In this document: in pieces, positions 36,578 through 47,999 of the stretch
Numbering within the stretch: position 1 is the stretch's first letter
How the letters are laid out: each line of letters starts with the position of its first letter
NCBI GenBank assembly: GCA_964016885.1
Contig: OZ024740.1
Coordinates: forward strand, 143,468,001-143,532,000
Direction: 5' to 3'
From: Eledone cirrhosa
Taxonomy: Eukaryota
DNA: 64,000 nucleotides
Position numbers and translations under genes: made by a program
Notes under the pieces: model-generated
Told to the model about the DNA's origin: nothing
Database searches by the model: none
Seen by the model: the letters and a program-made list of their open reading frames with translations, nothing else

Positions 36578-38656
36578 GGTCTATAGATGTGCTAGAAATA
36601 ACGGCTACATCAGCTAAGCAGGGGTAACATCAGGTCTATATGTGTGCTAGAAATAGCAGCTAAAGGGGAGGGGGGGTTTATGGTGGTCCGTAGGTGTGCT
36701 AAAAATAGCAGCTACATAAGCTAAATAGAATGTACCTCATTGTGGACGATAGGTGTGCTACAAATAGCAGCTAAATAGGAGGAACCTTATGGTTGTCCAT
36801 AGGTGTGCTAGAAATAGCAGCTAAATAGGGGGAACCTCATTGTAGTCTATAAGTATGCTAGAAATAGCAGCTAAATAGGGGGAGGGGCGTTATAATGGTC
36901 CGTAGGTGTGCTAAAAATAGCAGCTACATAAGCTAAATAGAATGAACCTCATGGTGGATGATAGGTGTGCTCCAAATAGCAGCTAAATAGCCTTATGGTT
37001 GTCCATAGGTGTGCTCGAAATAGCAGCTAAGTAGGAGGACCCATATGGTGGTCCATAGGTATGCTAGACATAACAGCTAAAAAAACTTCATGGTGGTCCA
37101 AGTGTGTGCTAGAAATAGCAGCTGCATCAGCTAAAAAAGGGAATCTAATGGTGGTCTATAGGTGTACTAGAAATAGCAGTTAAATAGGGGGATCATTATA
37201 GTGGTATATAGGTGTGCTACAAATAGCACCTAAATAGGGGGAACCTCATGGTGGTCAATAGGTGTGCTAGAAACAGTAGGTAAATAGCGGAACCTCATGG
37301 GAGTACATAGGTGTGCTAGAAATAGCAGCTGCATCAGCTAAACAAGGGAATCTCATGGTTATCCAAAGGTGTACTAGAAATAACAGCTAAATAAAGGGAA
37401 CTTCATGGTGAACTGTGTCCTAGATATATTAACTAAATACGGGGAACCTCATGGTGTTCCATATGTGTGCTAGAAATAGCAGCTATATAGGGGAACCACA
37501 TGGTGATCCATAGGTGTGCTAGAAATAGAAGCTGCATCACGTAAACAGGGGGAATCACGTGGTAGTCCATAGTTGTGCTAGAAATAGCATCTAAGTAAAG
37601 GGAACCCATGGTGGTCTATAGGTGTTCTAGAAATAGCAGCTAAATTAGGGGAACCTCATAGTGGTCCATAGTTGTGCTAGAAATAGTAGCTAAATAGAGG
37701 GAACCTTATAGTGGTCTATAGCTGTGATAGAAATAGTAGTTAAATAAGAGGAACCTTATGGTGGTTCTTAGGTGTGCTAGAAAGGGCTGTTACATCAGCT
37801 AAGCAGGAGGAACCTTATGGTGTATGTAGGTGTGCTAGAAGGAGTAGCTAAATAAAGAGAACCTCATGGTGATTCATAGGTGTGCTAGAAATAGCAGCAA
37901 AATAGGGGGATCCTTATGGTGGCCCATATGTGTGCTAGAAATAGCAGCTAAATACGGCGATCCTCATGTTGGGCCACACGTGTGCTAGAAATGGGAACTA
38001 CACAGTGGTTCATAGGTGTGTTAGCAAAAGCATCTAAATTGTTGTAACCCTTTTAGTGGTCGATAGGTGTGCTAGAAATAGCAGCTGCGTCAGGTAAACA
38101 GGGGAATATCATGGTGGTCCATAGGCATGCTAGAAATAGCATCTAAATTAAGGGAAACCCATGGTGGTCTATAGGTTTCCTAGAAATAGCAACTAAAAAG
38201 GGGGAACTTCATGGTGGTCCATAGGTATGTTAGAAATAGCAGCTAAATAGGAGGAACCTTATAGTGGACCATAGATGTGCTAGAAATATCATCTACATCA
38301 GCTAAACAGGGGCAACGTCATGGTGTCCATAGCTGTGCTAGAAATAGCAGCTAAATAAGGTCAACCTCATATGTATCCATTTGTTGTGCTAGAAATAGCA
38401 GCTAATAGGGGGAACCTCATAGTGGTACCTATGTGTGCTACAAATAGTAGCTAAATAGGAGGGACCTTATAGTGGTCCATATCTGTGCTAGAAATAGCAG
38501 CTTGATGGAGAGGAACCTGATGATGGTCCATGGGTGTACTAGAAATAGCAGCTACATCAGCTAAGCAGGTGGAACTTAATGGTTGTCCGTAGGTGTGCTA
38601 GAAATAGCGGCAAAATAAAGTGAACCTCGTGGTGGTCCATAGGTGTCCATAGGTGT
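36578..38656 (+). repeat. Tandem satellite, 50-bp unit (59-bp variant), about 39 units
   Basis: Consensus ATGGTGGTCCATAGGTGTGCTAGAAATAGCAGCTAAATAGGGGGAACCTC; the variant carries an extra RCATCAGCT. Confidence 0.95.
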
Positions 38657-38759
38657 CTCTTCTTTGTCAATTTTGTTATACTATACCATAGGGGAGTAAT
38701 TAACAAATCAATTTAAGATCTATATATCTATAAACAAGTATAGACATATGTTCAAGACC

Positions 38760-40112
38760 ATGCTGACAAAAACCTTCCTAACAATGCTTAGCAGCAAGAT
38801 GCCTTGGTAACTATTGCAGTCACTTCGGTCACCTTTGTTCTGAGAGAAGGTGACAATGATACAGTCTCTCATGTCTTGCAGGACTGTTCTGTCTTCCCAG
38901 CACTAACACAGTAGTTTCAACAAGGGGCTAATTAGCACTCCCTTTGCACACCTGATGACCTCTTGGAGGATGCCGTCAGATCTTGGTGCCTTCCCAGCAG
39001 GTAAACCAATCAATGGCTCTGCACAGTTCTTCAGCAGTCGACAACACATCTAGCTCCTCCATGACAGCTAGGTGTTTCATGGTGTCTAGCATGTTGTCTG
39101 AGATACTTTTTTTCCTTGCCATACAGTTTGAAGTAATATTCCACCTATCTCTCCAACCGCTCTCTTTTTCCTTTGATGACCTCACCTGTTCTTGATTTGA
39201 ATGGAGGAGTCTTGCTCTGGGTTGGGCCAATGGCTTTCTTGATGCCCTCATACATTCCCCAAATGTTACTTGTGTCAAATAACAGCTGGATGCATTTGAA
39301 TAACTGTAACCAGTAGTCATTTGCACAGTGACTCGTAATCTTTTATGTCTTGTTCCGAGCTCATCTCAATACTCATAGTGTTGCTCTGGTGGGTGAGTGT
39401 TTATGCTTCAACAGGGAGCATGCTTCTCCTCCATGGTCGCATTGAACTAGTCATGTGTCATTCTTCGATTCTTCCTGAAGATCTCTTCAATGCAGTGTCA
39501 TGGATGGTGCGTCTGAGAAAGTTCCATCTTTGCTGAACACCACCTTCCAGAGGTTCTGCAAGGAGGATGTCTTCCAGTGACTTGAGGAATACAGGTACTT
39601 TGACTGACTGCTGGGTCACAGTAGCCTTGATATGCTGTATGACAAGAGGCTTAGCATAGTGCATTTTTGGTTGGAGTTTGAGATTGCAGCAAACCAGGGA
39701 GTGATCTGTGCCAAAGTCAGCGCTCCAAAAGGACCAAGTCAAGAGTACATTTCTCAAGTGGTTGTGTCTTATGAGGATCAGATCTAGCTGGTGCCTGTGC
39801 CCTGAGCGAGGATAACGCCAGGAAACTTTGTGTTGAGCTTTGGCCTGGAAGTAGGTGTTGGTGACACATAATCCATGGAGCATACAGAGCTCAAGCAGTT
39901 GTTGCCCGTTGTCATTCATGTTACCGACCCCATGCTGTCACAGTTACCCTGTCCAGGAGTTGCGGTCGGCTTCCACTCTGGCATTGAAGTCACCAAGTAA
40001 CACCAGCTGTTCTCCATATGGGATTGCCTGTATTTTTCTGGAGAACTGATTGTAAAACTTATCCTTGTCATCTTGTGTGTAATAGAGGGTTAGGGCATAA
40101 GTACTGACAAGG
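38760..40112 (-). mobile_element. RTE/BovB-like LINE endonuclease-linker fragment
   Basis: VLLGDFNARV, NDNGQQLLELC, HQLDLIL, TDHSLV. Confidence 0.85.
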
Positions 40113-40392
40113 TTGACAAGACAGGAGCCTCCCAAAAGTCAGCTTGAAGGTAACACAGAGGAGACTGAGGTTAACTGGACATGCTCAGAGTTGACACTGC
40201 ACTCAATGGTCCTGTGGGAGCCCCTACATGAACACACTAGAAGAGGGAAACCAAGGATGACATGTATTGATACCCTAAGGACAGACACTGGTCTCTGGGA
40301 GACACAGGCCCTGGAAGCGATGATGAAGAACAGAGACCGCTGGAGAGAACTCGTACATGGATCTCGGGAATTTTACCTGCCCTAGATAGATA
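40113..40392 (+). mobile_element. RTE-type LINE 3' end with (TAGA)n tail
   Basis: VLWEPLHEHTRRGKPRMTCIDTLRTDTG..MKNRDRWR. Confidence 0.75.
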
Positions 40393-40451
40393 TATATGCA
40401 TATATATATGTGTGTGTGTGTGTAATTATGTGTTTTATATCAAATAATAAT

Positions 40452-40638
40452 TGTTTCTACTTTTGGCACAAGGCCAGCAATTACCTAGTGTATTACTGGT
40501 ACTTTATTTTATCGACCCCATAAGGATGAAAGGCAAAATTAACCTCGGCGGGATTTGAACTCAGAATGGAAAGGGCCGTAACTCTATGAGTCAAAGCATG
40601 GCGTCTGACCCTCTACTGATACTGCCAATCCACCGCCC
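40452..40638 (-). mobile_element. Full-length Deu/Nin-type SINE
   Basis: A and B boxes plus central domain; flanking TATCAAATAATAAT direct repeat. Confidence 0.88.
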
Positions 40639-40745
40639 TATTATTATCAAATAATAATAATATTCGATTTGTTTGCAAGCAGACAGTCTCATTACGCTAT
40701 GTTTAGTTTTTTATGGCCATCGTCATCCGTTCAACAGCAGCATTG

Positions 40746-40797
40746 AAGAACAATCAACAGGTTTCTGGGTTATTGTTCTTCATCAGGACTGTACTTC
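40746..40797 (-). ncRNA. Decayed minimal hammerhead motif
   Basis: Reverse complement GAAGTACAGTC CTGATGA..CCCA GAAA CCTG TT GATTGTTCTTC. Helix I pairs; helix II is damaged. Confidence 0.45.
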
Positions 40798-40999
40798 TCT
40801 GCTACTCGTTTGAACTGTTGAAAATATATAGTATTTTCTAAACTATACATTGGCTGATTAGCCTCATTTGCATAACAAGTGATTTTACAGCTGGGCTTGC
40901 CGAAAAACAAAATTAGAATTTGATTTTCTGCTCTAACATAGCAGATTACATAAATGTAATTATGGATTTTATATTGAATATTAATAATAAGGTCAGCCG

Positions 41000-43380
41000 T
41001 AGAATTGCTTGGTATGCACTATTCTTGTCATTAACCAACAAACCTAATACAGCTGCTTCACTAGCCTCAATATATTTTTACTTAATACACAAAGTGTCAG
41101 CCTTTTCATCAATGCAGAAAAATGGAAGATCCAATTCTTTGAGGTTTGGGTTACCAACCATCCACACCATATCCCTTTCTTCATCCTAACTGAGACCCAT
41201 TTTAACGTCTCCCACTTGGAAACTGAAGTGAGGGTGAGAAATTTTACAACCATCTGCGTGGATCATGTTGGCAGAAGAAAAAAACAAAACTACCATTTCC
41301 TGCATGATTCTTTTATGGCTGATGAAAATAACATATTCTCCAATGGTTATTATGAATCAGTTTCTGTGCACAACAAAGCCAATGATTTGATTGTAGCTTG
41401 GGCTCTATAAGCCTCCCCAAACACCTCTACCGTGCTTCAAAGAATGCCTCAACAGCATTAGGTGTTTTATCCAACAGTGTGATTCTGGGGGATTTGATAG
41501 GTGACTTCAATCTACCCTGTGTTGATTGGTCTACAAACAGTTGAAATCAGGTCCTTCTTCCTCAACCCCTAAGTAGTTTTTCCTGTCCTAACTTGTGCTT
41601 GCACCAACAAGATATCACAAAAACATTTTAGATTTAGTATTTAGTAACCACACTAAAACTATCCGCATTATTGCAGTAGTAAAAGCTCTCCTCTCAGACC
41701 ATGACATGGTACTTTGTAACTTGAGGTTCCACCAGCCAAAAGTTTAACCTGATGATTCTTTCCAGACCACTTATGTAATAACATTGATCATCATAATGTA
41801 AACTGGTCTTTCACACACAGCCACCAACATCAAAACATGAATGATGACCTTCATCAATAACCAACAGACTGAGTCATTGACAAAATTAAACTCAAATCCA
41901 AAATGTTCTTTCCATTTGCCAAAAATCACAAGACTGCTGTCACAACCATTGGGCTTCTGTTTGATGAAAATGGCACACTCCAAAAGAATGCTAAAAGCAT
42001 GGGTGAAATACTGCAGAAAAAATACTGCTCTGGGCTGTATCAGTGATATTAACCCCCTACACACCATATCTGACATAACATTTGCTGCCCCTGATATCTT
42101 AGTGACAATAAACAAAATTAAACACAACTCAACAATAGTCTCCGATAAGCTCCCTGCTACTGTCCTGAAGGTGTGTTGACACCAGCTTGCACCCCCTATA
42201 CCTAATGTATGGAAGAACTCGCTGGATGTAGCCTATTTCCCTGAAGATTTTGTATCCCAGTTTATCATCCCAGTTTTCAAAAAAGGATACAAGTTCTTTG
42301 CTGTAAATTACCATCTGATAAATAGCTCACTACCTTGAAAACAACACCCTACTGAACTCCAACTAGCATAGCAACATTTGAGTATGTGGAAAACTACTAT
42401 AGTGGATTAAGTGTTTCCTAACAGATCTCACTATGTTGTGATTGAAGGAACATGATCAAGCTCAACCAAAGTCTGAAGTAGTGTCCCACACGGCACTGTG
42501 TTGTGCCCACTTCTCTTCATTATTTATATCAATGACCCTTTTACGATCTGAGTTCAAATCCCGCCGAGGTTGACTTTGCCTTTCATCCTTACGGGGTCGA
42601 TAAAATAAAGTACCAGTAATGCACTGGGTAATTGCTGGCCTTAGAAACAATTATTTATATCAATGACACAGTTGTCATCAAGTACAGCAAAATAAGAATG
42701 TTCACAAATGATTCCAAGCTCCAGAAAGTCATTAACAGAGTGGGATACTGGGCATGCCTTCAATCAGATATGTTTGCTGTTATCCAATGTGTGAAAAAAA
42801 ATAGTGTGCTACTAAACGAGGATAAATTTGAATTAATCCCCTTTAGAAAAGAGGATGCACTGAAGTTAACATATTATCTTCCCTCAGGTGAAATCCTCAT
42901 AGCATACAACACCAGAGACCTTGGTGTAAATGTTGATAGCAACTTAAGCTGGAATACTCACATAAACAACAATGTTGTCATGACCTGCGGGATGTGTTCC
43001 TGGATTCTCAGAATTTTCCATTCGAGAGATATCCATACCATCATCCTTCTCTTCTCTACTTTTGCCTGGCCTCACCTTAAATACTGTTGTCCATTGTGGT
43101 ATCCTCACATGAAACAAAGTATTATGAAAATTGAAGTACCTCAAATGTAATTACAAAAGGAAAGATGGTTTGACTAGAAAAGCTCAAACTCTACTCTCTC
43201 CAATGCTGTCATAGCACTACCTTACCTTCATGATGTGGAAAATATTCCATCATCATTGCCCAGATGATGTTGGCATCACCTTTAAAATTCACATAGGGCT
43301 ATCTGCCACTACAAAAATCAAACTCGCATCACATAACAACATTATAGTAGAATTATTTCACCTCAACTTGTCCAGCTCTC
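41000..43380 (+). mobile_element. Decayed CR1-clade LINE (endonuclease and RT)
   Basis: GDFNLPCVDW, ILDLVFSN, SDHDMV, VPHGTVLCPLLFIIYIND, MFTNDSKL, RDLGVNVDSNLSW, PHLKYCCPLW. Confidence 0.85.
42537..42650 (+). mobile_element. 5'-truncated Deu/Nin-type SINE inserted in the CR1 RT
   Basis: Flanked by a 17-bp TSD, TTATTTATATCAATGAC. Confidence 0.85.
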
Positions 43381-43429
43381 TTATTTACTATATATATACA
43401 CACGTATATATATATATATATATATATAT

Positions 43430-45520
43430 CGCAAAGCCACTGCTTCGGCTACTACTCCTTCAGTTTAGACCTGGCTGTTTTCTGGTATGCTAAATGGACT
43501 ACAGAGTTGGAGAGTCTGAGCACTCAATGACAATGTCAAAGATAAAGATAAATTCACCTCCCCCTGCCGGACGAGAATGCAAGGACTCCTCTTTATTTCA
43601 GACATGGAAGATCAACATAATTCCGTCACCACTCCCTGTGCCCCCAACCCATCCCTTCCACCCACCAAGCAAAATCCAAAACTTCAGAGTTGGTACCATG
43701 AACATTGAAAGGTCGCTCAAATGAGGTTGTAGAGATGCTTGAACGTAAGGAAGTTGATGTTTGTTGTATTCAAGAGACTAGGAGGAGGGGTCGGTCTGCC
43801 AGATTCATTGTGGGTAAAAAACAATGCTATAAACTTTTCTGGATGTGAAATGACAACGGGCTGGGGGAAGTAGGAATTATGTTAGCAGAAAAATGGGTAG
43901 ATAAGGTAATTGCCGTAAATAGAGTGAACGATAGAATAATTAAAATAAGACTAGTTCTAAATAGAACAACTGTGTTGATAATATCTGCTTATGCATCCCA
44001 ATCTGGCCTACCTGATGTTATAAAAGACAGATTCTATGAGTCGTTAATGCTCACTACCTCCCAAATAACTGACAGTGACTACATAATTATTGGTGGTGAC
44101 CTTAATGGTCATGTTGGACAACATTGTGATGGCTATGACGGGATCCATGGAGGCTATGGGTTTGGTACTAGGAATGAAGAAGGCTTCAGAATCCTGGAAT
44201 TCTGTGATGCTAATAACCTAACTATCTGTAACACAAACTTCAAAAACCGAGACAATCACTTGATCACTTATAGATCAGGGGAACACACCAGTCAGATAGA
44301 TTATATCCTTACTAGAAGACGTGACAGAGTGTCTGTTGTAAACACTAAGTCCCTCCCCTGTGAAGAATGCACCTCCCAACATAGCCTAGTAGTTAGTGAT
44401 CTAATACTCAGGACTAGACGTACTCGATGACAGCGGAGGACTACCTTGAGGAGAAGAACATGGAAGCTGAAGGACCCTACAGCCAGTGACAAATTTAAAA
44501 GCTTATTACTTGATGATTTTGACAGTAAGGAAGAGCAATTAGAGACGTACAATATAGAAGCACAGTAGGAATTCATGAAAGTTAACCTGCTGAAGGCGAC
44601 AGACGAAATCTGTGGCTGGAGCAGACCTATAGGCAGGAGGAGATTAACTTGGTGGTGGAACAGTAAAGTGGAGGAGACAATGAAGGCTAAAAAGCAGGCT
44701 TGGAAAGTATAGCAGGATGGGGGTAGTAGAGAACACTATCAAGTGTCCAGGAGAGAAGCTAGGAGACAAGTGTACCTTGCAAGAAGGGAAGCAGAGCATA
44801 GAACGTTCAAGCATGTTCTACAAAACGAGGACCAAAAACATGAGGTGTTCAGGATTGCAAGACAATGTGTCAAGGAAAACCGTGATATTATCGGGGAGAA
44901 GTGTGTCTGTAATGATGATGGTGTACTTGCCCTCACTGATACTGATAAGAAGGTAGCTTGGAAGTGTCACTACGGGAGACTACTAAATGAGGAGAATAAG
45001 TGGGAAAAAAATAGTCTGCCCCAAATCGATCCAATAGAGGGACCAGCGATGCAAGTTAAAGGTTGTATAATAAGTAAGGCAATCAAAGATATGAAGACAG
45101 GCAAGGTGGCTGGGCCTTCGGAGATAGTTGTTGAGATGTTGAAAACATTTGGAATGATGGGACATACTATGGCCACCCGGATAATAAACCAAGTAATACA
45201 GAATGGGGTCATATAAAAAGACTGGCGTAGCAGCATCATCGTTAACTGCTACAAGAGTAAAGGAGATGATCTAGATAGGGGAAACTATAGAGGCCCCTCC
45301 AAACCAAACATACACCCCAACCCACTCCCACCAACACCACCCTTTCTCTATAAAGTTATGTTGGTACCACAACATCCAGTCCAAACTAATGAGATCGTGT
45401 AGGTGTCACGACAAAAAAGCTCCCAGTCCACTCTGTAAATGCGGTTGGTGTTAGGAAGGGCATCCAGCCGTAGAAAACCTGCCAGATAGTCCTATACAAG
45501 CGAGACATGGTCACTCGACC
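43430..45520 (+). mobile_element. RTE LINE with 5' UTR, endonuclease and linker; RT deleted and fused to the 3' UTR
   Basis: Same family as 5266-8128; ..GNYRG is joined to the 3' UTR at ~45294. Confidence 0.9.
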
Positions 45521-45525
45521 AATCT

Positions 45526-46010
45526 TGCTGGACACCACCAGAGGGTGTTAGACGCTGGTGTTTGCATAGTTACGGCTTCCTAAATGTTTCCTGTAAACAT
45601 ACCGTGTTTCTTTAGAAATACGAAATTTCTATAAATATTTGCATAAAGTTGTACTTGAAGCAAAATCCTATTTCTATTCTAGTTGAGCCAACTTATGCAG
45701 CTTCATATACAAATGAGATTAATCACCTCATTTACACAGATGAGAAAACTATATATTCTCGACTGTTCTCAAGTCCAGCAGTTGCAAGCGGTGGGAGGGA
45801 CCATCCTGACGAAGGCCAGTCAAGCCTGAAATGCATAGACGGTTGTCCTCCTTGCTTCTGCTGGACACCACCAGAGGGCGTTAGCATCCAGTGTTTGCAT
45901 AGCTATGGCTTCCTAAATGTTTCCTGTAAACATGCCGTGTTTCTTTATAAATATAAAATTTCTATACATATTTGTATAAAGCTATGCTTGAAGCAAAATC
46001 CTATTTCTAT
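45526..46010 (+). repeat. 1.5-copy tandem repeat (333-bp period) containing a hammerhead; retrozyme/pLTR-like
   Basis: 45526-45677 recurs at 45859-46010. Confidence 0.8.
45794..45851 (+). ncRNA. Minimal type I hammerhead ribozyme
   Basis: GGAGGGACCATC CTGACGA AGGC cagtcaa GCCT GAAA TGCA TA GACGGTTGTCCTCC. Intact CUGANGA/GAAA/UH core, 4-bp helix II, palindromic helix III, long imperfect helix I. Confidence 0.8.
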
Positions 46011-46102
46011 ATATATATATATACATAGATATAGATATCGATATATATAATAATATAATTATTATAAAGAATGAGGAATCACAATTTATTAACATATTAC
46101 AT

Positions 46103-46400
46103 GGCGGCACATGGCTTAGTGGTTAGAGCATTGGCTTTGCAATCGAAAGGTTGTGAGTTCAATTCTCAGACCGGGTGATGTGTTGTTTCCTTGAGCAAGA
46201 CACTTTATTTCACATTGCTCCAGTTTACTCACTGCAAAAGTGGTTGTGGAGGTGCCACGGCAAAAAAGCACCCAGCACTCACTGCAAATGAGGTTGGTGT
46301 TAGGAAGGGCATCCAACTGTAGAAATCAAGCCAGAATCAGTTCCCGTCCCACCCTTGCAAGCAGGGAAAAGTGGACGTAAAATGATGATGATGATGATGA
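46103..46400 (+). mobile_element. Full-length CORE-type SINE with RTE tail
   Basis: A and B boxes, CORE-like segment, tail CCCGTCCCACCCTTGCAAGCAGGGAAAAG.GGACGTAAA(ATG)n, flanking ATTACAT repeat. Confidence 0.9.
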
Positions 46401-46476
46401 TTACATATGTTTCTCCATCGATCAGCTCGAGACAAGATCTGTTATAGATCGAACCCGACTCTGTATTCGAAGGATC

Positions 46477-46506
46477 TATATATATATATATGAGTGTGTG
46501 TGTATG

Positions 46507-46604
<98 letters not shown>

Positions 46605-46669
46605 CACACATATATATATGTATATATATAAAAAATATATAAAAATATATATATATATATATATATATA
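46477..46669. repeat. (TA)n microsatellite
   Basis: Read directly. Confidence 0.95.
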
Positions 46670-46911
46670 GTAATAATAATAAATTTGAAGACTAAAATCC
46701 AAAGAGGGCTCGATAAGAATAAATATATATCAAATATATAAGAACCGTAGAGCAAATATTTATTAAAATAACAGATTAAAGTTTAAGCAAAGAATCGCTG
46801 CTTTCACCCTTAACGGGATCTTCTGAAACTAAAAAAATCAATCTGTGAACGCAGAAGTAAATATTTCGAAAAACGTTGCAACCGAAAGAAGACAGGAAGA
46901 CGATACTTTTA

Positions 46912-47087
46912 TTCGTGGAAACGTTCCCTGCCAAAGAACGTAAAAAAACGAAGATAATTCGTCCTAATTTGGAGCGGTGAAAACAATTACGTGGTTTTGT
47001 TTTTGCGTGTAATTGTTTTCAAAGCACCAAATAATGACGTATTATCTTCGTTTTTTTACGTTCTTTGCCAGGGAACGTTTCCACGAA
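46912..47087. repeat. 47-bp inverted repeat (46912-46958 / 47041-47087)
   Basis: One mismatch, 82-bp spacer. Confidence 0.9.
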
Positions 47088-47099
47088 CCAAAGAATTGA

Positions 47100-47699
47100 C
47101 GATGGTTGCTGGACACTACGGCTTAATACGGGATGTTTGTTTACAAACACACCGAGCATTATAATAAATGTTCGGTGAATCCATACGTACATATATATAT
47201 ATGTGTGCATGTATGTATATATATATACATACTACTGTACGTCTGTATACATATATGTATGTACGTGTACATACTTATATTTAAGTAACAGCCGTACTAA
47301 GAGTGGGAAATGAGATTTCGTTTCATTTTTCCCGTTTATCGTTTTCGGTGCACCCGGCCGATTAACCCACTCGATATGCAAATTGGGCTACTCAGCCGTT
47401 AATATGCATAAGGTAAGTATATACGTTCAGCAATCTGGCAGGAAGGTATACGTTGCTGACGATAGCTAATAAGCTTGAAACTAGTACAGCGTTCCTTTGT
47501 CAGTGTTGAACAAACGAGCAGCGATGGTTGCTGGACACTACGGCTTAATACGGGATGTTTGTTTACAAACACACCGAGCATTATAATAAATGTTCGGTGA
47601 ATCCATATGTACATATTTATATGTGTGCATGTATGTATATATATATACATACTACTGTACGTCTGTATACATATATGTATGTACGTGTACATACTTATA
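47100..47699 (+). repeat. ~178-bp direct duplication (47100-47279 / 47522-47699)
   Basis: Near-identical CGATGGTTGCTGGACACTACGG...GTACATACTTATA. Confidence 0.9.
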
Positions 47700-47999
47700 C
47701 ATATTTGTTATGTTATACTGTAACTCTTTGCTCTAAAGATGGCGTCAGACTCTCTACCGATACTGCCATTCCACCACCACAGTTTATATTTGTTATTTAA
47801 GCATTTGTAAAGTTATTTGTGTATATATTTAAAACATATTTGCTATGTTATTCTATCGTAAATTTATTTATATGCTTTGTATATATTATGTGTTTATATT
47901 TTCATTTTAATGTTATTTATACAATTGTGAAGAAATATTACACCAAAAATTGAAAATAGGAAAGTTAGGCGCAAGTAGTATCTCCTGCTGCGAAAACAA

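Noticed and set aside
36578-38656. CRISPR-like array; GCTAGAAATAGCAGCTAAATAAGG resembles the SpCas9 sgRNA scaffold
   Set aside because: The intervening sequences are homologous rather than unique spacers. There are no cas genes, the context is eukaryotic, and the scaffold's GAAA loop is an engineered linker, so the match is coincidental.
46103-46175. tRNA gene
   Set aside because: A and B boxes are present, but I could not form an acceptor stem and the sequence continues into a CORE domain and LINE tail. It is a SINE head, as are the other SINE copies.
46300-46755. YI-repeat ORFs
   Set aside because: Translations of the (TA)n microsatellite; the same applies to 2830-3257.
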